64,000 nt of DNA. Origin: Sphaerodactylus townsendi. Its lineage: Eukaryota. The translations under genes were made by a program, and so were the position numbers. Numbering within the stretch: position 1 is the stretch's first letter; the number at the start of each line of letters is the position of its first letter. Below the pieces are notes generated by a model, which worked only from the letters and a program-made list of their open reading frames with translations, ran no database searches and had not been told where the DNA came from. Positions 1 through 11,793 of the stretch are shown piece by piece. Where the stretch lies: the NCBI RefSeq assembly GCF_021028975.2, contig NC_059427.1, positions 10,726,001 to 10,790,000 on the forward strand, given 5' to 3'.

Positions 1-186
1 TTCAAAGCAAAACCACCGACTACCACCAAGCTTACTCCTGAGTAACGCACGCCTCGGAGCCAACCAGTTTTTCTAAACGAAAACCTCAGTATTCAGGTTA
101 AATTGCCGTGTTGGCACTTTGCGATAAATAAGTGGGTTTTGGGTTGCAGTTTGAGCACTTGGTCTCGAAAAGGTTCGCCATCACTG
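1..186. mobile_element. Partial hAT-type MITE, family with TIR CAGTGATGGCGAACCT
   Basis: Ends in aggttcgccatcactg. The internal sequence is the reverse complement of the full copies at 30035, 49806 and 54208. Confidence 0.85.
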
Positions 187-603
187 CACTAGGGCGACCC
201 TGCTTAATTTACGAGATTGAGCTAGTCTAGGCTATGCTAGTCAGGGCTTACTTTTCCAATAGGGCAAGGAAAAGTAGCAGCTCAACGCAGAGGTTTCTGC
301 AAACTCCAAGGACCATGCAAGATGCAATAAAAAGTTCTTATTTGTAAATAGAAGACACCCCCTCCCTTGATGAGGAGTGAACAGGTGCTTCTAAAACCAC
401 GTACTGTATATTCCAGCCTGCCAGTTGAGTCCCCCCACCCCTTTAATCTTAGGCCTTGTCATTTGCCCTCCATAATTCAGGAACAGACATTGAGGGCAGT
501 TGAGTGTCCATTAAAAATATGGGTTTGGAGGGGGAAATTGGCTGACTCACCCCTTTGAAATGTTATAGGACACTGGTGAAGATTCATATTAATTCCACAT
601 AAG

Positions 604-732
604 AAGAACATAAGAACAAGCCAGCTGGATCAGACCAGAGTCCATCTAGTCCAGCATTCTGCTACTCGCAGTGGCCCACCAGGTGCCTTTGGGAGCTCAC
701 ATGCAGGATGTGAAAGCAATGGCCTTCTGCAC
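604..732 (-). mobile_element. CR1 LINE 3' end fragment
   Basis: Reverse complement of the 3' end at 14880-14998, including the (TTCTTATG)-type tail. Confidence 0.8.
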
Positions 733-1203
733 ATGGACACATGTACTGCAGGACATTGAAGCATCTATCCTCAGAGTTCGACAATCGTAAGGTTGTTGAT
801 CCCAAACTTTTTAGTCCTTCAAAGGACTCCGCTTGGAGGGGTTATAATCCACAGTCTCCTGCTTAACAGGTGGCAGGGATTTCTGAGTTGCTGAAGGCTT
901 GAAAAGTGACGAAAAGCTTATTGTCTTAGAAAGGTGGTAAGTCAAGAAGCGTTGCAATATTTGCAAATGCAGGGATGTGGGCTGCTTTGGCTGTGGCGGG
1001 CTGTTTCCTTCTTTGGCTGGTAGGTTTTCTTTTTTCTTTAGAGGTGAGGCCAGTCTCTTCCTGCTGGGGACCCCCTTTACCCATCTTCTGCTGTTTACAG
1101 GTGAACGGCCTTTTTGCAAGAGTTCCTGGAGCGGCTGTGTGCTTTATTCAAAGCAGAGTTCTTCAAAAGCCGAAAATCCATCCTTCCCCATGTGAACTGA
1201 GCA

Positions 1204-1992
1204 ATGGAAACCTTGAGCTTGGAGGTGAACATGTCTGTAGAGGAGGGGGCGACAATGGCCACACGGCTGGAAAATGCCCCCAATTTCAAATTATGGGCAG
1301 AGTTAGAGGGAGCCAAGTCCCCACACAGTTTGCGTGTAGGGAGCATTGGAGAGTTGCAGACAGAGGCAGCTCCACATCAGATAAAATGTGAACGAGAGGA
1401 AGGGCTGCATGACCGGTGGGAGGCCCAGTGGCAGGAATTCCTGAAGACACTGCAAGCTCCTGACTCAGGATGGGGGAGCCCACATGTGGCCAATAAACCC
1501 GCACCTTTGGAGGATGCTAAGGCTTTCCTGGCCTCCTTTGAGCAAGTTGCATGGGTGTGCCAGTGGCCTCGTGACAAATGGGTGACCCTCCTACTGCCGG
1601 CCCTCAGTGGGGAAGCCAAGCAGGCCTTCAGCAACCTCAGTGCCCGAGACAGAGAGGACTATGGGAAGGTGAAGGCAGCCATCTTGCGAAGAGAGGCCAT
1701 CACCAGAGAGAGGCGACGTCAGCACTTTAGGCAGTTCTGCTACCGGGAAGCGCAGGGGCCGAGAGCAGCTTATGGCCAGCTCCAGGAACTTTGCAATCTG
1801 TGGCTGAAAGTTGAAAGATACACCAAAGAAGAGATCTTGGAGCTGCTAGTTCTGGAACAGTTCTTGGCTGTCCTTCCCCAGGAAATGCAGAGCTGGGTCA
1901 GGGAATGCAACCCTGAGACGTGCATCCAGGCAGTCACCTTGGCAGAGGATTTCCTGGTAAGACAGGTGGACCCCACGAGACTGAAAGAGCAG
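1204..1992 (+). CDS. SCAN-ZNF gene A, coding exon 1: Gag-capsid-like N-terminal segment plus SCAN domain
   Basis: Contains the SCAN signature [61 protein letters not shown]. Phase-0 donor CAG|GTGAGA at 1992/1993; upstream acceptor TTTACAG at 1100. Confidence 0.9.
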
Positions 1993-2133
1993 GTGAGAGG
2001 GTTTGAAGATGCTATGTCAGGAGATTCTTTTCATGAGATTCAGGCAGCTTTTGCATCCTTGACTTTTTGTGTTGGTTGCATTGAGGGAAATCCACTGGTA
2101 CCTGGTTGTCTGAAGGGATTAAATGAGCCAGAG

Positions 2134-2285
2134 CAGGGGTCTGCAACCTGCGGCTCTCAAGATGTTCATGAACTACAATTCCCACCAATTCCCACCATCA
2201 ATTCCCACCAATTGGCCATGGTGGCAGGGTCTGATGGGAATTGTAGTCCATGAACATCTGGAAAGCCGCAGGTTGCAGACCCCTG
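2134..2285. mobile_element. Palindromic hAT MITE (TIR CAGGGGTCTGCAACCTGCGGC)
   Basis: Terminal inverted repeats with an 8-bp TSD, agccagag/ggccagag. Related copy at 47471-47614. Confidence 0.85.
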
Positions 2286-2307
2286 GGCCAGAGGCTCAAT
2301 TTGCCCT

Positions 2308-2611
2308 GGAGCAGCAGTGGCGTAGGAGGTTAAGAGCTCGTGTATCTAATCTGGAGGAACCGGGTTTGATTCCCAGCTCTGCCGCCTGAGCTGTGGAGGC
2401 TTATCTGGGGAATTCAGATTAGCCTGCACACTCCCACACATGCCAGCTGGGTGACCTTGGGCTAGTCATAGCTTCCCGGAGCTCTCTCAGCCTCACCTAC
2501 CTCACAGGGTGTTTGTTGTGAGGGGGGAAGGGCAAGGAGATTGTAAGCCCCTTTGAGTCTCCTGCAGGAGAGAAAGGGGGGATATAAATCCAAACTCTTC
2601 TTCTTCTTCTT
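2308..2611 (+). mobile_element. tRNA-CORE SINE, Squam3-like
   Basis: tRNA-like head with A/B boxes, CORE-like gctgggtgaccttgggctagtca and a (CTT)n tail. Many near-identical copies in the window. Confidence 0.8.
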
Positions 2612-3618
2612 CACCACTTTCAGCCATCTGGGGTTTCTTTCCCCATCCCCTTTATTTATTAACTTTATTTATATCCTGCCTTTCTCCCCAACAGAGATCC
2701 AAAGTGTCTTATATTGTTCTCCTTTCCTCCATTCTATCATCACAGCAGCCCTCTGAAGTAGATTAGGCCAAGAATGTGTGGCTGGTTCAAGTCACCCAGC
2801 AAGAGACAGCATGGTGTATTGGCTAAGAGTGATGGACTCTAATCTGGAGAACCGGGTTTGATTCCTCACTCCTCCACATGAGTGGTGGACTCTTATCTGG
2901 TAAACTGGATTTATTTCCCCATCCCTACACATGAAACCTGCTGGGTGTCCTTGGGCTAGTCACAGTTCTCAGAACTCTCTCAGCCCCACCAGTCTCACAA
3001 GTTGTCTGTTGTGGGGAGAGGATAGGAAAGGAGTTTGTAAGGTGCCTTGAGCCGCCTTACAGGAGAGAAAGGCGGCTAGGGCAGTGTAAGGTTTTGAACC
3101 TGGGTCTCTCAGGCCCTAGACTGACAGTCTAGCTGATTACACCATACTGGTTAAAATGGACTGGTGGGAGTTTGTGGGGTGTCTTATTGTAGTAATTTGT
3201 GGGTGTTCTTAGTCAAGGCTTAGCCTGCCTGGATGTATCCCTCTTGCTAACCAGGATTGAGCCTCGCTTTCATTTCAGATTCAGCCTCTTATGGGGATGG
3301 TAGCTGTGATTTCTTAAATTCTTGAATGGTTGGGTGTGGCAATGGCCACACACATGGAGACTTCCAAAGTTCTTGGAGGATGGGTCTGTCTACTTGCTTC
3401 CAGCCATGAGGACTAAAGGGAACTTCCATATCCAGAGGCAGTTAGCCTCTGAAATATCAGCATCAGGAGGCAGTGTGGGGGGAGTCCTCAGCCTCTATGC
3501 TCTATGTTGGCACTCCTGGTCATCTAATTGGTGAGAAACAGGTGCTTGACCAGGTGGGCCACTGGTTTGATTCCATGGGACTCTTCTCATGTCCCTGTGT
3601 TCTTCTTCCACATCCCAG

Positions 3619-3697
3619 GTTCCACCCTCTGCCACCTGGGCTCATCATCTCTGCAGCGATGCCAAGCAGGAGCAAGTAGAAGAGGCAACACCACTGG
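3619..3697 (+). CDS. SCAN-ZNF gene A, middle exon (79 nt, phase 0 to 1)
   Basis: Acceptor CATCCCAG|GTT and donor CTGG|GTAAGG. Its 3n+1 length bridges the phase-0 SCAN exon to the phase-1 finger exon. Confidence 0.75.
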
Positions 3698-3702
3698 GTA
3701 AG

Positions 3703-4210
3703 GACTCATTGATGCGGCTGGCCTCCACCCGGGCCAGGGCCTTTACAGCTCTGGCCCCTGCCTGGTGGAACGCTCTCCCTCCAGCTGTCCGGGCCCTGCG
3801 GGATCTTAATGAGTTCCGCAGGGCCTGTAAGACCGAGCCGTTCCGCCGGGCCTTTGGAGGATCCGGCCGCTGATGGTGCCCCCTCCTTCTTTTCCTGGCC
3901 CTTTACACCTGGGCCTCTGTCATCTATTGGGACCTGCCGCCCCTCCCTCTTGGGAGAGGATTTTGAAAATGGGGTTGTCGGACGCCACTTATACCTATAT
4001 TTATTATATTTACTATATTTAGTCTTTTATGTTTTACCGCTGCTTTAAAGGTTTTAGTTATTTTATGACTGTATCATGTCTATATGTTGTACACCGCCCG
4101 AAGCCCCTCGGGGATAGGGCGGTATCCCCCTCGGGGATAGGGCGGTATAAAAATCTAAAGAATGAATGAATGAATGAATGAATGAATAAATAAATAAATA
4201 AATAAATAAA
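3703..4210 (+). mobile_element. L2-clade LINE 3' end
   Basis: Encodes RAFTALAPAWWNALPPAVRALRDLNEFRRACKTE, typical of an L2/CR1 ORF2 C-terminus, followed by a 3'UTR and a (GAAT)n(AAAT)n tail. Confidence 0.8.
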
Positions 4211-4927
4211 TAGATAGGTATCCAAATCACTGAGTAAAGCAAATTACCTATCATGCTGTAAAGTGAAGGTTGATTAGCTAATGGTTGCTAATGAGGAGTT
4301 TGGATTTATGCCCTGCTATTCTCTCTGGGAAGGAGTTTCAAAGCAGCTTATACATTCATTCTCTTCCTCTCCGCTCAACAGACACTTTGTGAGGTTATTT
4401 TATTTATTTTTATTTTATTTATTATTTAGATTTGTAGACCGCCTCATCCCCAAGGGGCTCTGGGCGGTGCACAACAGTGTCAATGAATAAACAAGGTATA
4501 ACAAAGATCACAATAGTGACCACATTCACTAAGATCCATTAAAATCCATTAAAACAGCGGTCAAAGCAATAATAACAGGCGTCCCATAACCCAGTTCATG
4601 AAAAACCTCCCCAAAAAGAGGGAACGGCCGGACTCCTCCCTCAAAGTTGTAAAGATAAGGGTTAGTGAGGCTGAGAGAGTCCAGAGAGACCTGTGACTAG
4701 TCCAAGGTCACCCAGCAGGAATGTAGGAGTGTGGAAGCAAATCTGGTTCACTAGATAAGATTCCACTGCTCATGTGGAGAAGTGGGGAATCAAACCTGGT
4801 TCTCCAGATTCGAGTCCACCACTCTTAACCCCTTCATCCCTTTATATGAATCTGAATGCAGGACTGATCTGATCCAGCAGGGCTTTTCTTATGTTCCTAC
4901 GTGTAACTTCTTTGTTTATTCCTGCAG

Positions 4928-5967
4928 GAGATGAACAGACCTCTGATGATAAATGTCAGCAGGACAATTCAGAACAGGTGGAATTGAGACTTGCATGGCT
5001 AGGAGGAAACCAGATTTCTCCGTATTACAATGGGAGTGAATTAGAGAGTGAAAAGGACGGTCTGGTGGATAAAGCCCTTTCCACTGTAGAAGATACATGT
5101 GATCACGCAGGAATCAAAACAAGCCAAAATATCCACCTCTCCGGAAGAAGTTTCAGATGGAGCTCAGATCTCCGAGTGCACGAGTGTACCCGATCAGATG
5201 GAGCATATAAGTTCACCAAGTGTGGGAAAGATTTTTATCAGAAAGGAGCCCTTAAGAGAAACGAGAGAACTCACCCAGGAGAGAAACCATTCAAGTGCTC
5301 GTTGTGTCCGAAGGGTTTCTCTAATGGCTCTAGCCTAATGGTGCATGAGCGAATCCACAAAGGGAAGAAGCCGTACAAGTGTTCAGCATGCGAAAAGAGC
5401 TTTGGCCGCAAGGGCACACTCATCATACATGAAAATCTCCATGCTGCAGGGAAACTGTACAAGTGCTTTGGTTGTCCCAAAAATTTTGCCAGCTGCTCCA
5501 ATCTCGTTGCCCATGAGCGAATTCACCGAGGAGAGAAACCCTACAAATGTTTGAAGTGTGGGAAGGGTTTCAGTCAGAAAGGTACCCTTACAGCACATGA
5601 AAGAATCCACTTTGGGGAGGAACCTTTCAAATGTCTGGAATGTGGGAAGAACTTCTGCAGAGCCACGAAACTGAGAGACCACCAGAGAATCCACACCGGA
5701 GAGAAACCATATCAGTGTTCCACGTGTCAGAAAAGTTTCACGGACGGCTCCAACCTCAGTAGACACGAGAGAGTTCACACGGGAGAGAAGCAGTTTGTGT
5801 GTTCTGAGTGTGGGAAAAGCTTCAATCAGAAGGGAAACCTACTGATACACGCCAGGATCCATACTGGAGAGAAGCCGTTTAAATGTGCGGTGTGTGGGAA
5901 GAGCTTTAGCCAGAAAGGAAACCTTGCAAAACATGAAAGAACTCATACTGGGAGAGAAATATTATAA
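4928..5967 (+). CDS. SCAN-ZNF gene A, C2H2 zinc-finger exon (8 intact and about 2 degenerate fingers)
   Basis: Phase-1 acceptor CCTGCAG|GA, tandem CxxC...HxxxH units with TGEKP-type linkers, stop at 5967. Confidence 0.92.
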
Positions 5968-6735
5968 CTACTTGTGACGCTGAACTGGGCTTTATTTTCC
6001 AACTGGTCCTGCTGTTTCCTGACATGTCCCTGTGAACTGAGAGGGGTAGATTTTGTGCCGTACAGGAAAAGTTTCTTCCCTCCACCCCCTGTAAATAGAA
6101 AATAAGAAAATGAATATTAATCTTTTTTAAAAATACACACACACACACTCAAAGTGGGGTTCACCTGATGAAACTGCTGTGGGAAAAGAAAATACTTTTC
6201 ATGCAACCCATGTTCAGAAACATGGATCTCTTTGCCATGAGATATAAAGGCAGCCAATTTCAATGCCTTTAAAATAGGGCTTCCAGTTCCCTGGTAACTC
6301 TAGGTGAGCAGTTTTACCACAGAGTGGTAATTCCTAGAGCAACTCTTCCAGGTACTCTATGGTAGGAATTCTTTGGTAGGAACTATGATAAGAGTTTCCT
6401 GTAAGCAGAAAAACTTTATTTTTCTTTTTTATCCCAGAATGCCACCTCTCCTAACCCTCCTGCCAATTGGCAGGTACTGGTAGGGTAATTTTGTCAACAG
6501 CTATTAATCGTGATAGCTAAGCAGAACCTCAGTGTACTGAATTGATCTATTTCAGAGAAAAAGAACAGAAAAACTTATTTAAATAACAGCCTTTTCTCCC
6601 TTCCAGCCACAAGGGCAACAACCCCTTTTCTCCCAACTCCATGTCTCTTCTCCTTCTGTCAAATTGTTCCCGAAAACCTGTGTTTTTCAAAGCCACTTGC
6701 TTTCTATTCCACTTTTTGGGGGTGATTAGGTTTTA

Positions 6736-7330
6736 GGAGCAGCTGTGGCGTAGTGGATAAGAGCAGTGGCTAAGAGCAGGTGCACTCTGATCTGGAGGAA
6801 CCAGGTTTGATTTCCAGCTCTGCCGCTTGAGATGTAGAGGCTTATCTGGGGAATTCAGATTAGCCTGTGCACTCCCACACACGCCAGCTGGGTGACCTTG
6901 GGCTAGTCACAGCTCTACGGAGCTCTCTACTTACAGTTCAGGCTCAAAAACGGCCTGAGGAACTACAGTTCCCAGGAGACCTTGGAATTCACAAGGTATC
7001 ATGGGAAGTATAGTTCCTCAGGCAGTTTTTAGCCTAAACTGTGAAGAGGCCGCTTTTTTCAGCCTGAAAAAGTACTAGAAAAAGAAAAGGAACTAAGGTA
7101 AATGTGGGATGGGGGGGGGGATGGGGGGACAGAAAAAACACATTGCACACCCCGCGCAGTTTGGCCCAGCTACGCCTCTGCCTTGGGCTAGTCACTGTTC
7201 TTCGGAGCTCTCTCAGCCCCACCCACTTCACAGGGTGTTTGTTGTGAGGGGCGGGAAGGGAAAGGAGTTTGTAAGCCCCTTTGAATGTCCTTACAGGAGA
7301 GAAAGATGGGGTATAAATCTAACTCTTCTT
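6736..7330 (+). mobile_element. Squam3-like SINE interrupted by a partial hairpin hAT MITE (about 6930-7180)
   Basis: SINE head and tail flank a segment matching the element at 20236-20718, ending in gctacgcctctg. Confidence 0.7.
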
Positions 7331-8388
7331 CAGGAACTGGCAGCTATAACATGATTGACAGTCCACATGGTCTATTCACACATACTGCAACATATAGTTT
7401 GGCCCTTACTTGGTAGCTTATATTAGCTTTTTCAATAATGCATGGTTAGCCTATCTGCCCTCCAAAGTAGCTCAGGCACTTGTATGTCATTTTCTCCTCA
7501 CAGTTCTAGGAGGTTGGTAATGCTGAGAGAATGCAGCACATCCCAAGCCATTCAATATACTCCATGGTAAAAGTGTGGATTTGAATCCAGACCACCCCAT
7601 ACTAACCCTTACACCAGACTGGAGCTAATTCACAAAAATGGACTGCCCAAGTCAGGTATTGGGATTAAAATGGTTTCCAAACCGGCTTGTTTAGACAATT
7701 TAGTCAGATAAGCTGTTGAAGTTGAGCTGGTCTCTTGGAATAGAGAAATTGCTTAGGCAGTTGTCACAATTATCTGCAGGGTTTTTGATCAATAGTCCCT
7801 TTTGCCAGAGCTTAGGGAGCTCCTTGCTTTAGTGGGAACTTGCAGACGAGGCAGCAGGAAGACGGCAAATGGGTGGGAACTCTGAATGTCAATGAGATCC
7901 AGCGTAGTGTAGTAGTGAAAAGTAGTGGACTCTAATCTGGAGAACTGGGTTTTGATTCCCTACTCCTCCACATGAGCTGCAGACTATTATCTAGTGAACC
8001 AGATTTGTTTCCCCGCTCCTCCATACAAAGATTGGGCTAGTCTCAGTTCTTCAGAACTCTCTCAGTCCCACTCACTTCACAAGATGTCTGTTGTGGGGAA
8101 AGGAAGGGAAGGAGTTTGTAAGCTGCTTTGAGACTCCTTAGAGTTGAAAAAAGCAGGGTATAAATCAAAACCCTTCTTGATTAGTCTGATAAGAGTGTTG
8201 AAGGCTGGAATAATCCTATTCCTTCCAACACAAGGCCAAGTGAAAGGTCAGAGCTGTGCTGGCAGGGGATGATGGGGATTGTAGTCCATGAACATCTGGA
8301 ATGCCATAGGTTCGCCACCATGGGTAGGGTTACCATTCTCCAGGTGGGGACTTTGAAGAGTGGAGCTTATGGCTTTGCCCAGGGTTAA

Positions 8389-8700
8389 GGAGCAGCAGTG
8401 GCGTAGGAGGTTAAGAGCTTGTGTATCTAATCTAAAGGAACCGGGTTTGATTCCCTGCTCTGCCACCTGAGCTGTGGAGGCTTATCTGGGGAATTCAGAT
8501 TAGCCTGTGCACTCCCACACACGCCAGTTGGGTGACCTTGGGCTAGTCACAGCTTCTCGGAGCTCTCTCAGCCCCACCTACCTCACAGGGTGTTGTGAGG
8601 GGGGAAGGGCAAGGAGAATGTAAGCCCCTTTGAGTCTCCTGCAGGAGAGAAAGGGGGGGATATAAAGCCAAACTACTACTACTCTCCTCCTCCTCCTCTT
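8389..8700 (+). mobile_element. Squam3-like SINE
   Basis: Near-identical to 2308-2611. Confidence 0.8.
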
Positions 8701-10419
8701 TATGCCTAACTGAGGTCCCTTCCCTCCCCAAAACCCACACACTCCCATAGCTATATCCCCAAATCTTCGGGAATTTCCCCAACCTAGAGTTGGCAGTCCT
8801 AGCTGTAGGAGTCCCCTAACTGTAGGAGTCCCCTTTATTGAGCCTATTGCTGCTTTTGGAATTTTGAGGGAAATGGCATCCAGAGAAGGTGGGGTCTGTC
8901 ACAAAGTGATTGCCAGATCTGAGAAGGCGGACTTGTCACAAAATGGCTGCCATGGGAGGCCAGTTACAAAATATTGGGAAGACTTCAGCCAGGTTTTCTT
9001 GTGATTGAGGCAGCTATTTTCCAAATGGGTGCTCCTTTTAGACACAAAGTTGATGTCTACTGCCCTTCTCCAATGATGCATGGGAAAGCCAAAGTTGGCC
9101 CCTTGTTTTGGGAAATAAACAAGAATATATGTTCGTTGACACCACGTTGGAGATTATATTTTTGCCCAGGGTTAAGGCAGAAAGCCTACTCAGTGAATAT
9201 TTTTACACTTCATGTCATACAGTTGAACACAGGGCAACGAAAACCAGTCTTTTAAAATATTAATTCTGTTGAGACTGCTTCACAGTATCTTAAGTGCTTA
9301 TAGGTCTGATCTTGATTTATGCTGTAACTTTGCAGGAGCACAGAGATCTACCAAGATTTATAGCCCATGCCATCCAGGTCTTGTCTAGTGGCTGCTAGAG
9401 AGGTAATAATTAGGAGAAGCCTGTGGCCCTTGTGTTGTGCATCTGACCCTTCCGGGGCATTGAGTTTCCTCAGAATTTCAGTATGACCCTTCCTTCCTGT
9501 TTTAGAGCAATGAAAATTTATATGGCTAATGAACCACCTATCAACATGCATTAAAACAACAGTGGATAATCAACAGAAGCATAAAAACAACAGCTTTTCT
9601 TATTGTCAACTTATGACTCCATAGGGTTTTTAAAGGCAAGAGATTTTCAGAGGTGGTTTGCCATTGCCTGCCTCTGCAGAGGAAAGGGGTGGGAAATCTT
9701 CCTGTTCTTCCTCGGATATGGGCAACATCCATAAAATCAACAAATCAAGAGGGCAGAAAACACCTATTCCAGCAAGGTCACAGACCCGCTTCCATCCAGA
9801 AAGCTCGAAAGCCGGGCAGAAAGAAAATTGCACTGCCCCACTGATTGTGATGATTGCCAGTAAGCCTAAATATGCATATTTGGTCCCCTTAATAGAGACT
9901 TAATGGATGGAAATAAGTAGCTGAAGCTTTCCATGGCTTGGAGGCAAATCATATATCTGGTAAACCTCCATTAAGGGGGCAGGGCCTTTTTTTTCATCAG
10001 ACAGTTGGAAACCACCTCTGTTTCAGATACTGACTGGTATAGTGCCCCAGTATGTGGAGGTTTTACTTATATTTTTCATGAGCAATTGCTGACCAATCCA
10101 AAAGCTGAGCATTGACTTTCACTAAACTTCACAACTAGCTGAGGTACACTGCACCTGAACATGGAGGATTCTTTCAGTTACCATGACTCATACCCACTAA
10201 CAGACAGACACATCTTTGTCAGGAAAATAAATTGTATTAAGCCAAGAGCTATCCTCTCAAAGCCAGCGGGGCATAGTGGTTAAGAGCAGTAGGATCTAAT
10301 GTGGAGAACTGTGAAGAACTGAGTTCGAGTTCCTGTTGGGTGACTTTGGGCCAGTCAAAGCTCTCTCAGAACTTCCTCGGCCCACTCAGCAGCAGCCGAT
10401 GGCAAAACTTGCTGGATTG

Positions 10420-10562
10420 TATTAAATTAATCGGTATTAAATTAATTTGTGCAATATCAATGCAATAAAATTGCAATATTAATGCAATTAATTTTGCAAT
10501 ATCAATGCAATTAATTTTGCAGTATTAATGCAATTAATTTTGCAATATTAATGCAATAAAAT
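10420..10562. repeat. AT-rich quasi-palindromic minisatellite, unit of about 23 bp (TGCAATATTAATGCAATTAATTT)
   Basis: About 5 degenerate tandem units are directly visible. Confidence 0.8.
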
Positions 10563-10599
10563 TCATCACCTTCGTCAATTTCGCCAACCATCAGAGACC

Positions 10600-10920
10600 A
10601 TGGAAATATTCGCAAAAGCGCCCCGCCCCCAAGAGAGGAGGGATCCACATAAATGACGTCATTCCACAGCCACATTACCAAGACAGCCACCCCTCCCGCC
10701 TTGAAATGTTTAAGGACCGCCTAGGAACGGGCACTCTATGGCGTTAACTCTTGCAGCTCTCTCGTAGCCGTGATTAGAAAAACACGCCCAGAGAGCCTGG
10801 GAGGAAGAGAGGCAAGGGAAGGAGAACGGCTCAGAAACTTTCTTGCAATGCGATTGTTCGTTTCTTTGGACAATTAGATTGCAGCTTTAAAAAGGAGAAA
10901 ACAGGGCGGAAGTCAGGTTC
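10600..10920 (+). promoter_or_regulatory. CpG-rich promoter of the Harbinger-derived gene
   Basis: GC box CCCCGCCCC at about 10621, full CRE TGACGTCA at about 10654, GGGCGGAAGT (ETS-like) at about 10904, and raised CpG density. Confidence 0.6.
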
Positions 10921-11226
10921 CTTTGCTATGTTCCCAACAGCAAGGCTTAGCTAACATTGTTTCGGAATTTGTTTTGTGCTTGCAGTTCTCATGGTGTGCC
11001 TTATCCGTCAATCGCTCCAGCTTTATTGGCATGAGCATTGGCCACCAATATTTTTGTGTTAAAATAGTTATCGATCTGGTAGTGATTTGAGAGGTTTTGG
11101 GGGGTTGGGGGGACACTCACAAAAGTTGCAAATAAGGTGGTGTGTATGAGCGAGGGAAAGAGGGCTTCCCCCACCTTTTAGAAAGAAATCAACCTTGTGT
11201 AGGTGTTTTGTGTGCTTCTGGGCATC

Positions 11227-11793
11227 ATGGAGAACCTAGAGGCAATCATCCTGGTGATCCTGGCCACCCACAACCTGGTCCGCCTGCACTTGCACCGCAG
11301 CGGCGTTGCTGCCCGGGCCCGGAGAACCATGCACCGGGTCATGGCAAACCACATCTCCCTGCTGCACCAGCTCCTTCCAGATATGTGTCCCGACAATGAG
11401 ACCAGGCTGATGGTGGAAGAGCTGAACGCCGGCCCGCATCGCTTCTGGTCCCGTCAGATCAGCCAGGACTGGTGGGAACGGGTGGTGCTGGAGACCTGGG
11501 ACCCCAACCAGTGGCTCCAGAACTTCCGCATGACCAAAGACACCTTCTTGGAACTCTGCGAGAAGCTGCGGCCGGAGCTGCAGCGCCAGACCACCACCAT
11601 GAGGGCCCCGCTCAGCGTGGAGAAGCGGGTGGGCATTGCCCTCTGGAAACTGGCCACCACCGAGTGCTACCGGTCTGTGGCCAACCACTTTGGGGTTGGG
11701 CGGTCCACCGTCGGGGAGGTCTTCATCGAGGTGTGCCTGGCCATCGAGAAGCTGCTTTTCAAGAAGGTGGTGTCTCTTGAAGACCCAAAAGAG
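11227..11793 (+). CDS. PIF/Harbinger transposase-derived protein (HARBI1/ALP1-like), exon 1 (HTH region)
   Basis: WLQNFRMTKDTFLELCEKL...LSVEKRVGIALWKLAT...YRSVANHFGVGRSTV matches the Harbinger transposase N-terminal HTH. Phase-0 donor GAG|GTAG at 11793/11794. Confidence 0.88.

Noticed and set aside
1993-2253. ORF extensions beyond the SCAN exons (also 34597-34917, and 45853-45979 upstream of gene D)
   Set aside because: They read through splice sites into intronic MITE or Penelope sequence.
2308-2390. tRNA genes at SINE heads
   Set aside because: A/B-box-like heads run directly into the CORE and tail of a multi-copy SINE, with no complete cloverleaf.
3279-3317. Alternative middle exon for gene A
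   Set aside because: It hits a stop after 12 codons and has no good phase-1 donor; 3619-3697 fits better.
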